This document shows positions 35,515 through 45,479 of a stretch of DNA of 45,479 nt, piece after piece (within the stretch, counting starts at the first letter, position 1; each line of letters opens with the position of its first letter). This DNA is from Chiloscyllium plagiosum (lineage: Eukaryota). The DNA lies in the NCBI RefSeq assembly GCF_004010195.1, contig NW_025214529.1:1-45479 (forward strand). The letters run 5' to 3'. Below the pieces are notes generated by a model, which saw only the letters and a program-made list of their open reading frames with translations, ran no database searches and had not been told where the DNA came from. The position numbers and the translations under genes were made by a program.

Positions 35515-36365
35515 ACACTGGGCTGAGGGATGGCAGGTGGAGTTTAGTTTGGATTAATGTGAGGTATTGGATTTGGTAAATCAAACAAGAGAAGTACCTA
35601 TACAATTAAAAGTAGGGCCTTTGGCAGTGTTGTAGGACAGAGACCTCGGCCGTCAGGTATAATTCTTTAAAATTTGCACCTCATATAGATCGTGTGGTTA
35701 AGAAGGTGTTTAACACATTTGTCTTCATTGGTCAGACCTTTGAGTATCGGAATTGGGACGTCATGTTGTGGTGATACAGGATATATTGAGACCTCTTCTG
35801 GAATACTGTGTCCAGTCTGGTCATCCTGCCCGCTCATTCCATAGGCACACCACCCTCTGGGTGAAAAAGCTGCCCATTAGGTCACTTTTAAATGTTCCCC
35901 TCTCACCTTAAACCTATGTCGTCCAATTTTGGACTCCCGGTACCCTTAGAAAACACCTTGACTATTCACTTTGTTATTATTGACCTTAATATTATTAAGC
36001 TGGAGAGGGTTCAGAAGAGATTAACCTGGATGTTGTTGGGAATGGAGGGAGTGAGCTATAAGGAGAGGCTGGATAGGCTGGAACATTGTCACTGGAGAGC
36101 ATGAGAGTAAGGGGTAACTTCACAGAAGTTTACAAAATCGTGAGGGGTACAGATAAGCTGAAGGGCTGATGTCTTTTCCTTAGAGTTGGTATTCAAAACT
36201 GAGGGATATTTTAAGGTGTGAGGAAAAATGATTTACCAATGTCATTAGAGGTAATTATTTTAGACAGAGTCTGGCTTGTGTGTGGAATGAACTTCCTGAG
36301 GAAGTGGTGAAAGCAGGGACAATTGCAATGTTTGAAGGACATTTAGATCAGTCCATGGATGAGAC
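35515..36365 (+). mobile_element. CR1 3' fragments with a short inverted CR1 piece (35830-35975)
   Basis: WAEGWQVEFSLD*CEVLDFGKSN; IIKLERVQKRLTWMLLGMEGVSYKERLDRL; VWNELPEEVVKAGTIAMFEGHLD. Confidence 0.85.
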
Positions 36366-36559
36366 ATCAGTTTGGATGGTGCTGTGGGCAGCTGCCCTCT
36401 CCCTCCCCATCTCTGAATGGATCCCTGTTGGTTTTCACCCTCTGCCAATGCCGGTGCAGTGGCTGGGGAGGCCAGCAGAGGGAAGCTTTGCATCACTTTA
36501 AGCACCACAGAGACTGCCAGACCTGCCCCACACAGAGACACAGATATACACACAGTAAT

Positions 36560-36920
36560 TGTTAGGACACTGCGTGAAGCTCATCCGGTAATTTAAACTA
36601 AACATAAGTTCCCCTCGTAAACTGTTAAAATATGAGTGACAGACCTACCAAATTCCACTGTTTAAATAAAAACATCAATTTATGTTTTCACGCTGAAAGC
36701 GAACATTTTACATCAACTATTCACAACTCTGGACCCCCTTTTTCTTAACTGCTTATTACCCGACTCCAGCTCTATAGCAATATAATGTTTCTGGGTCTGC
36801 CATCCTCTCATATCACAGGTGCTTGTAAGCTCTCAGTTCAAAACAGCATTCACCTTCTCTTAAAGGTACAGTACACGCTTTCAACTTCATCACATTACAC
36901 CCTGATGAATATAGATAAGT
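36560..36920 (-). mobile_element. Solo LTR fragment related to the 24756-25525 LTR
   Basis: Reverse complement contains GTTAAGAAAAAGG..TTGTGAATAGTTG, AAACAGTGGAATTTG and TGTCACTCATATTTTAACAG, matching 25300-25520. Confidence 0.8.
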
Positions 36921-36949
36921 GGAGCCTATCCGGATTTCTCTTGCTCTGT

Positions 36950-37410
36950 GGTTTGTCAATATTTCATCTACTCTGTCTTGTATATGTCAAGAGTTTTGTT
37001 GCTCCATTCACAGCATGTCATTATTCCACTCTGTCCGTGGGAATATATCAGTAGTTCACTTGCTCACACTCGTGAGTGTGGCAGGATTTCAATTGTTTCA
37101 TGGGGACTGTGAGGCTATAACAATCTCAATGTTTGTAGATGGCAGAACCTGGAAGAACTCTGAAGTCTATGGAGGAGAGTGTGGAACTCTAACAGGACAG
37201 TGACACGTTAGAGTAGTGTTCAGGTGTAAGGCAGATGGGGATCAGTGCAGAACAGTGTGAGGTGATGTACTGTGGTAGAAAGGACATTGAAAGGCAGTTT
37301 AATACAGGTCGTACCGTTATAATGGGGGTGCACGAGCAGAGAGCGCTGGGTGTATATGAGCATAGATTATTGAAGATGTCAGGACAAGTGGGGAGAGCAG
37401 TTACTATCAC
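36950..37410 (+). mobile_element. Degenerate CR1 RT fragment
   Basis: ISMFVDGRT; QMGISAEQCEVMYCGRK; EQRALGVYEHRLLKMSGQV. Confidence 0.75.
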
Positions 37411-37414
37411 AGAT

Positions 37415-38400
37415 TAGTTTCAGTATCTGAGCTGTTTACAGGGGGAGGTGTCGGAGGGAGCCTCCATGCCCTCTTCCTGGGAGGTGGTGGTGATGATGTG
37501 TTGTGAGCCCACCCTCCTGCCCATCGAGACCGTGGGGATTCCATTTGTACCAGCTCGACACAAAAGGGAGATGGCATCAGGGCCACGGCTTCTAAGTTGT
37601 GCCGGGGGGAAACTGAGCTGCCGGTGGGTTTAAACTGAGAATTGTCCTCCACCGAACATTGCTCCTTACTCAGTCAGTGGGACGAGGATGCTTCAGAATC
37701 TTCACACGAGGTATCCCGGTTCTCTCCGGCTCGTACCAGGGTCCTCCCCACATGGCGAGGGGAGGGGGGGTGAGGGAACGGATATCGGGTACTCCACCAT
37801 CCGGCTTGGCCCTTTCTGTCCTATTCCAGGCTGTTTCTCCTGGAATGGGAGAAGGGGAGGGAGAGAGTGAGGGTGGCCCTGCTGTTAGTGCAGGAGGAGG
37901 TGGGGAACAGGGTCATGGCGAGGGGTCCGGGGGGAGCCAGTCCACAGTGTTGTATCCATGCAATGTTATTAGTGTAGGGGGGTAAAGCGGAGGGAGAGGG
38001 AGAGAGAGAGAGACACACACAGACAGACAGACAGAGACAGACAGAGAGAGAGAGAGAGAGAGAGAAGGTGCTGCATGCAGCAGTGAGAGTGGTGGAGCAT
38101 GAGACTTGTTCGGGGGTCGGTGCTATAACCGATATACAGTGAGTGTGAGGGAGCAGAGAGAATACGGTGACCCTTATCCTGTCAGAGAGGGGAAGGTTAT
38201 TGATGCTTATCCTGTATTGCTGGACATTTCTTCAGACCACAGATACTGCACTGAGCTGGGTGGGGAGCTCAGACCATGCTAGGTGGGTCTGGTGGTGTGG
38301 CCCCCTCTGGGAAGAGAATGGTCCCCCTCTGTACTAGCCCATCCACCAGGCCCTCCATGCCCCTGTCGATAAACTGGTGTAATTTTCCGTTATCTGCCAT
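37415..38400 (-). pseudogene. Harbinger Myb/SANT-like DNA-binding protein gene relic (NAIF1/MSANTD-like), spliced
   Basis: Exon 1 38400-38178: MADNGKL.QFIDRGMEGLVDGLVQRGTILFP...AWSELPTQLSAVSVV*RNVQQYRISINNL, with the donor mutated to ATAAG. Exon 2 37839-37670 follows a polypyrimidine CAG: EK(T)AWNRTERAKPDGGVPDIRSLTP..., then GTAAG. Frameshifts and stops. Confidence 0.75.
37995..38065. repeat. (GA)n/(GACA)n microsatellite
   Basis: Directly visible; lies in the intron of the Myb-like relic. Confidence 0.95.
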
Positions 38401-39129
38401 GCTCAGGGTAAACTGTGCAGGGCAGCTCCAAACAGAGAAAGCTCAACCGTGTGCCCATTGGCCTTTTAAAGATGGCACCAGTGTCATGGATCACAGAATA
38501 TCCAGGGGCATCCGGGCGATGGTGAGCACCTCCAGCCATGATGGGTGGGAGAGTCGGGCTGGTATTGCATGAGAGGGACACCATGAGGTGGGGTTTGGTA
38601 GTTAATGAGGTGAGTTCGATACGATAGCACCAGGAAATGAGCTCAGCCTCGTGTGGATGATCCCTCTATCACAGTCAATGAAAATGGCACTGAGACAAGT
38701 TATTGTTAGATCTAGCTCAATGAGTCAAAGACTCTGCTGACCCTACACCCAGATACAAAGCTGCAGAACAAATGCTCATCCAAGACTCTGCATCATCTGT
38801 ACACCCACCAATATCCTGTTCACCTATTATTCCTGGAAACATTGGCTTATGTTACAGGATGCTGTTGAAATGTTTTCATTTCAGCATTCTGAAACCTGGG
38901 AACACATCCTTCCATGACACTGTCTCTGTCTCTCCCTCTCTGTCTATTTCCCAAACCCCTCCCATTTGTTATTGTTTAAACTGACTCCCCTGCTATCTCT
39001 CTCTGGCAGTGATGTTCACACCCACAGCACCCCCTAATCATGGCCCAATGAAGATATGGAGCTGGAAATGGGTGGGAGCTGCACATCCTGTCACTTCCAG
39101 CATGGGCTGCAAGGTTCCCCACACTGGGC

Positions 39130-39520
39130 AGGGATCTCACACAGTGTTCCTGAGCAATGCACTGGGGTGGGGTACACAGTCTTACATGCTGGGAGGGTAA
39201 CTGCTCCTGGGTTACAGATCAATGCACTGGGGTGGGGTACACAGTCCTACATGCTGGGAGGGTAACTGCTCCCCTTTTACAGATTAATTCAAGGTGATTA
39301 CTGCACTGTTCCCTGTGCTGGTCAGACTAACTGGTTGAGGTTTATAGATAATGCAATGGTGTAGTCCGTGCAGCTCCACATACTGGATGGATATTTCTTT
39401 CAGGTTCACACATGAGTGCACTGCGGAATTCTGCACAGCTCCTCGTCCTGGACATATATCTAGTCTGGGTTTATAGATCAATGCACTGCTGTGGTCTGCA
39501 CAGCTCCCCGCATTCCTGTT
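39130..39520. repeat. Degenerate ~65-bp minisatellite
   Basis: Near-exact copies at 39155-39207 and 39220-39272; further units TTTATAGAT.AATGCA.TG.TGT.GTC.G..CAGCTCC; related unit at 1550-1635. Confidence 0.75.
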
Positions 39521-39924
39521 TAGCAGCTTTGAAATGGTGAATGTTCCCTTCCATTTCCTATGTAACAGGTATGAGAGATTAAAAGATCTGCTCCAATTGC
39601 TGAGTAACAGCCTCCAATGGACGAATGGCCTCATTCTGTTCCTGTTTAAAACTCTTGATGGGCTGAATAGGCTGCTTCGTTATCGGTGCAGTTGTGAGTG
39701 GTGCTGAGTATTTTGAAACCATCAGTGAATAGGCCACTTCTGACTTTATGATGGAGGGAAGGCCATTGATGCTGCAGCTGTTACTAGCCCACAGTGCCTC
39801 ATGGATGGCCAGTTTGCATGTGCTCAGCCCTTTAGAAGTATGTCCTACTTCACAGGAGGGAGTGTCACATCACACAGTGTGCAATGCGCCTAATATGATT
39901 TATCTCTCCATCCCGGAGTCTCTC

Positions 39925-40020
39925 AGCCTCATTCGTGATGAAGGTCTGCTGGCTGAAACGGTGATTTTCCTGCTCCTTGGATGCTGCCTGACCTGCTGTG
40001 CTTTTCCAGCAACACACTAA
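39925..40020 (+). mobile_element. Solo PLE terminal repeat, degenerate hammerhead
   Basis: CATTCGTGATGAAGG...TGAAACGGTGATTTTCCTGCTCCTTGGATGCTGCCTGACCTGCTGTGCTTTTCCAGC. Confidence 0.85.
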
Positions 40021-40508
40021 TCTTGAGTATGTCAAATATGAGGCTGAGACTTTCCCTCCACCAGGACTGTGTGCTGGCTGCTCCTACAGATACTGTCAGG
40101 GACAGATCCATCTGGGACAAGGAGTTTGGTGAGAATGTTTCCCCCAGTCTGGCTGTTGTGTATTGAAGCCTGTCCCTGCTCAGGCAGCGGTGGGCCTGTA
40201 GACACAGTCCTGGTGATGGACATTGAAGTCACACACCCAGAGGACGGTCTGAGTCCTTATCACCCTCAGTGATTCCTCTGATGTGTTTCCAAGAGGAGGG
40301 GTGGGGGGGCAGGAGATAACCATCCTCAGGCGACTTCCTTGACAATGATCTGTTACCATGAGATTTCCTGGGCTCTGGAATCAATGTTGGGGAATCGCAG
40401 GGTAACTCCTTCCCAAACTATCCCAGGGTGTCCCCATCACTGGTGGGTTTGTCCTGCCAGTAGGACAGAATATACCTAGGGATGGTGATGGGGTTCATGA
40501 AACATTAT

Positions 40509-40828
40509 GGGTGGCACGGTGGCACAGTGGTTAGCACTTCTGCCTCACAGCGCCAGAGACCCGGGATCAATTCCAGCCTCGGGCGACTGACTGCGTGGAG
40601 TTTGCACATTCTCCCCGTGTCTGCGTGGGTTTCGTCTGGGTGCTTCAGTTTCCTCCCACAGTCCAAAGATTTGCAGGTTAGGTGAATTGGCCATGAGAAA
40701 TTGCTCGCAGTGTTAGGTGAAAGGGTAAATGTAGGGGAATGGGTCTGGGTGGGTTGCGCTTTGGCGGGTTAGTGTGGACTTGTTGGGCTGAAGGGCCTGT
40801 TTGCACACTGTAGGTAATCTAATCTAAT
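40509..40828 (+). mobile_element. HE1-like V-SINE, full length
   Basis: Box A, box B variant GGATCAATTCC, V-domain, CR1-type tail and (TAATC)n. Confidence 0.95.
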
Positions 40829-40896
40829 CGAAATTACCCATCAGGCCTGATCTTGTGAGTATGACGGTGTCGGAATGTTTCCTGACTGGGAGGACG

Positions 40897-41152
40897 GTGC
40901 TGGAAAAGCACAGCAGGTCAGGCAGCATGCGAGGAGCAGGGGAATGAACGTTTCAGGCATAAACAATTCATTGGGAATGAGGCTTGTGGGCTAGGAAGCT
41001 GAGAGATAAATGGGAGGAGGCTGGGGCTGGGGCTGGAGCTGGGGCTGGAGCTGGGGCTGGGGGGAAGGGAGCTGGGAATGTGATCGGGAGACGGAGATGG
41101 GGAGAGGTGATAGGTCAGAGAGGATGGAGGAAGGTCATGGACAGGTCAAGGA
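40897..41152 (-). mobile_element. PLE terminal repeat and 3' UTR with a (GGGGCT)n expansion
   Basis: GTGCTGGAAAAGCACAGCAGGTCAGGCAGCAT...; same layout as 33564-33820; abuts the satellite. Confidence 0.85.
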
Positions 41153-41153
41153 G

Positions 41154-44100
41154 TTCCCCGGAACGTTCTGTCCCTGACATTCTATATTTGCCATTCCCTG
41201 GAACGTTGTGTCCCTGACGTTCTGTAACTGACATTCCCCGGAACGTTCTGTCCCCAACATTCTATAACTGTCTTTCCCCGGAACGTTCTGTCCCTGACAT
41301 TCTATAACTGCCATTCCCCGGAACGTTCTCTCGCCGACATTCTATCACTGACATTCCACGTAACGTTCTGTCCCCGACATTCTATAACTGCCATTCCCCG
41401 GAACGTTCTGACCCTGACATTCTATAACTTATATTCCCCGGAACATTCTGTCCCTGACATTCTATAACTGCAAATCCCCGGAACGTCCTGTCCCCGACAT
41501 TCTATAACTGATATTCCCCGAAACATTCTGTCCCTGAGATTCTTTAACCGCCATCCCCTGAAACATTCTGACGCCAACATTCTATGACTGACATTCCCCG
41601 GAACGTTCTGTCCCCAACATTCTATATATGACATTCCCCAGAACGTTCTGTCCCTGAGATTCTATAACTGACATTCCCCGGAACGTTCTGACCCAGAGAT
41701 TCTATAACTGACATTTCCCGGAACGTTCTGTCCCTGAGATTCTATAACTGACATTCCCCGGAACGTTCTGTCCCCAACAGTCTATAACCGCCATCCCCCG
41801 AAACATTCTGACCCCAACATTCTAGAAACGACATTTCCCGGAACGTTCTGTCCCTGACATTCAATAACTGCCATTCCCCAGAACATCCTGCCCCCGACAT
41901 TCTATAACTGCCATTCCGCGAAACATTCTGACCCCAACATTCTATAACGGCCATTCCCCGGAACATTCTGTTCCCGACATTATATAACTGACAATCGACG
42001 GAACGTGTTGTCCTCAACATTCTATAACCGCCATTCCCCGGAAAGTTCTGACCCCAACATTCTATAACTTATATTCCCCGGACCGTTCTGTCCCTGACAT
42101 TCTATAACTGCCATTCCCGGAACGTACTGTCCCCGACATACTAAACTGACATTCCCCGGAACGGTCTGTCCCTGACATTCTATCACTGACATTCCCTGGA
42201 ATGTTCTCTCCCCGACATTCTATCACTGACATTCCCGGGAACGTTCTGTCCCTGAGATTCTATAACTGCCATTCCCCGGAACGTCCTGTTCCCGACATTC
42301 TATAACTGACATTCCCCGGAACGTTCTGTCCCCGAGATTCCATAACTGACATTCCCCGCAACGTTCTGTCCCCAACATTCTATAACCGCCATCCCCTGTA
42401 ACATTCTGACCCCAACATTCCATAACTACCATTCCCCGGAATGTTCTCTCCCCGGCATTCTATCACTGACATGCCCCGGAACGTTCTGTCCCTGAGATTC
42501 TATAACTGACATTCCACGTAACGTTCTGTCCCCGACATTCTATCACTGACATTCCCCGGAATGTTCTGTCACCGACATCCTATCACTGACATTCCCCGGA
42601 ACGTTCTGTTTCTGAGATTCTATAACAGACATTCCTCGTAACGTTCTGTCCCCGACATTCTATAACTGACATTCCCCGGATCGTTCTGTCCCTGAGATTC
42701 TATAACTGACATTCCCCGGAACGTTCTGTCCCCGACATTCTACAACTGTTATCCCCCGAAACGTTCTGACCCCAACATTCAATAACTTATATTCCCCGGA
42801 CCGTTCTGTCCCTGTCATTCTAGAAGTGCCATTCCCCGGAACGTCCTGTCCCCGACATTCTATCACTTACATTCCCTGGAACGTTCTGTCCCTGAGATTC
42901 TATAACTGACATTCCCGGAACGTTCTGTCCTCAACATTCTATAACCGCTATCCCCAGAAACATTCTGACCCCTACATTCAATAATATATATTCCCCGGAC
43001 TGTTCTGTCCCTGTCATTCTATAACTGCCATTCCCCGGAACGTCCTGTCCCCGACATTCTATAACTGACATTCCCCGAAACGTTCTGTCCCTGACATTCT
43101 ATAACAGTTATTCCCTGGAAAGTTCTGTCCCTGACATTCTAAAACTGTCATTCCCGGAATGTTCTTTCCCTGACATTCTATAACTGCCATTCCCCGGAAT
43201 GTTCTCTCCCCGATATTCTATCACTGACATTCCACAGAACATTCTGTACCCGACGTTCTATAAATGACAATCGCCGGAAGGTTTTGTCCTCAACATTCTA
43301 TAACTGCCATTTCCCGCAACGTTCTGACCCCAACATTATATAACTTATATTCCCCGGACCGTTCTGTCCCTGACATTCTATAACTGCCATTCCCAGAACG
43401 TCCTGTCCCCGACATTCTAAACTGACATTCCCCGGAACGGTCTGTCCCTGACATTCTATAACTGCCATTCCCCGGAATGTTCTCTCCCCGACATTCTATC
43501 ACTGACATTCCCCGTAACATTCTGTCCCTGAGATTCTATAACTGACATTCCACATAACGTTCTGTCCCTGTCATTCTATAACTGCCATTCCCCAGAACGT
43601 CCTTTTCCCGACATTCTATAACTGACATTCCCCGGATCGGTCTGTCGCTGAGATTCCATAACTGACATTCCACTGGAACGTTCTGTCCCCGACATTCTAA
43701 AACTGTCATTCCCCGGAATGTTCTTTTTGACATTCTATAAGTGCCATGCCCCGGAACGTTCTGTCCCCGACATTCTATAACCGCTATTCCATGGAATATT
43801 CTGTTCCCGACGTTCAATAACTGACAATCGCCGGAACGTTTTGTCTTCAACATTCTATAACTGCCATTCCCCGAAAAGTTCTGACCCCAACATGCTATAA
43901 CTAATATCACCCGGACCATTCTGTCCCTGACATTCTATAACTGCCATTCCCCGGAACGTCCTGTCGCCGACATTCTATAACTGCCATTCCCCGGAACGTC
44001 CTGTCCCCGACATTCTATAAATAACATTCCCCGGAATATTCTGTCCCTGACATTCTATAACTGCCATTCCCCGGAATGTACTCTCCCCGACATTCTATCA

Positions 44101-45479
44101 CTGACATTCCCCAGAACGTTCTGTCCCTGAGATTCTATAACTGACATCCCACGTAACGTTCTGTCCCTGGCATTCTATAACTGCCATTCCCCGGAATGTC
44201 CTGTTCCCGACATTCTGTAACTGACATTCCCCGGACCATTCTGTCCCTGAGATTCTATAACTGACATGTCACGTAACGTTCTGTCCCCGACATTCTATAA
44301 CTGATATTCCCCGGAATGTCCTGTCCCTTACATTCTATAACTGCCAATCCCCGGAACGTTCTCTCCCCGACATTCTATCACTGACATTCCCCGGATCGGT
44401 CTGTCCCTGAGATTCTATAACTGACATTCCACGTAACGTTCTGTCCCCGACATTCTATAACTGATATTTCCCGGAATGTCCTGTCCCTTACATTGTATAA
44501 CTGCCATTCCCCGGAAAGTTCTCTCCCCGACATTCTATCACTGACATTCCCCGGAACGTTCTGTCCCTGAGATTCTACAACTGACATTCCACGTAACGTT
44601 CTGTCCCGGTCATTCTATAACTGCCATTCCCCGGAATGTTCTCTCCCCGACATTCTATCACTGACATTCCCCAGAACGTTCTGTCCCTGAGATTCTATAA
44701 CTGACATCCCACGTAACGTTCTGTCCCTGGCATTCTATAACTGCCATTCCCCGGAACGTCCTGTTCCCGACATTCTGTAACTGACATTCCCCGGACCATT
44801 CTGTCCCTGAGATTCTATAACTGACATTCCACGTAAAGTTCTGTCCCTGACATTCTATAACTGCCATTCCCCGGAATGTTCTCTCCGACATTCTATCACT
44901 GATATTCCCCGAAACGTTCTGTCCTTGAGATTCTATAACTGACATTCCACGTAACGTTCTGTCCCTGTCATTCTATAACGGCCATTTCCCAGAACGTCCT
45001 GTTCCCGACATTCTATAACTGACATTCCCCGGATCGATCTGTCCCTGAGATTCCATAACTGACATTCCCCGGAACGTTCTGTCCCCAACATTCTATAACC
45101 GCCATCCCCTGAAACATTCTGACCCCAACATTCTATAACTGATATTCCCCGGATCGGTCTGTTCCTGAGATTCTATAACTGACATTTCACGGAACGTTCT
45201 GTCCCCGACATTCTTTAACTGACATTCCCCGAAATATTCTGTCCATTACATTCTATAACTGCCATTCCCCGGAACGTTCTCTCCCCGACAATCTATCACT
45301 GACATTCCCCGGAACGTTCTGTTCCTGAGATTCTATAACTGACATTCCTCGTAACGTTCTGTCCCCAACATTCTATAACTGACATTCCCCGGAACGTTCT
45401 GTCCCTGACATTCTATAACCGTTATTTCCTGGAACGTTCTGTTCAACGACGTTCTATAACTGACAATCGCCGGAACGTT
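41154..45479. repeat. 40-bp satellite array, roughly 108 monomers, open at the window end
   Basis: Consensus CATTCTATAACTGACATTCCCCGGAACGTTCTGTCCCCGA, uninterrupted head-to-tail with recurrent variants. Confidence 0.98.

Larger units (their letters stand above)
39685..40890 (-). mobile_element. APE-region fragments of the 12540-14716 LINE family, interrupted by a PLE repeat and a SINE
   Basis: 40030-40495 is the reverse of 12585-13100 (LWVCDFNVHHQ; ITIPRYILSYWQDKPT). Confidence 0.8.

Noticed and set aside
38985..39080. Possible host exon after the polypyrimidine ..CTGGCAG
   Set aside because: Weak donor, unrecognisable peptide, flanked by repeats.
41154..45479. CRISPR-like array or repetitive protein gene (many minus-strand ORFs)
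   Set aside because: Monomers are head-to-tail with no unique spacers, the 40-bp period is not a multiple of 3, there are no cas genes, and the context is eukaryotic.

Overview
Eukaryotic, repeat-saturated, apparently intergenic or heterochromatic DNA. The repeat content (HE1-type tRNA-derived V-SINEs, HER1/CR1 LINEs) points to a shark or other cartilaginous fish; this is an inference. I find no intact protein-coding gene, and the ORF track is mostly spurious frames or pieces of dead transposon proteins. The window holds many CR1-group LINE fragments, four HE1-like SINEs, and two decayed Gypsy LTR elements, one with the Gmr1-type gag(SCAN-like)-PR-IN-RT-RH order. It also holds about nine Penelope-like (PLE) insertions from two lineages, most carrying intact or decayed minimal hammerhead ribozyme cores, relics of both PIF/Harbinger genes (DDE transposase and spliced Myb/SANT-like partner), several minisatellites, and a >4.3-kb 40-bp satellite running off the right end. 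There are three N gaps (11149-11771, 18553-19288, 33954-34045). The most striking object is a TSD-flanked 217-bp PLE-derived insertion (28953-29169) forming a near-perfect 94-bp-arm palindrome that places a hammerhead core on each strand. Family assignments come from motif recognition by eye, not database searches, and boundaries of degenerate elements are approximate.
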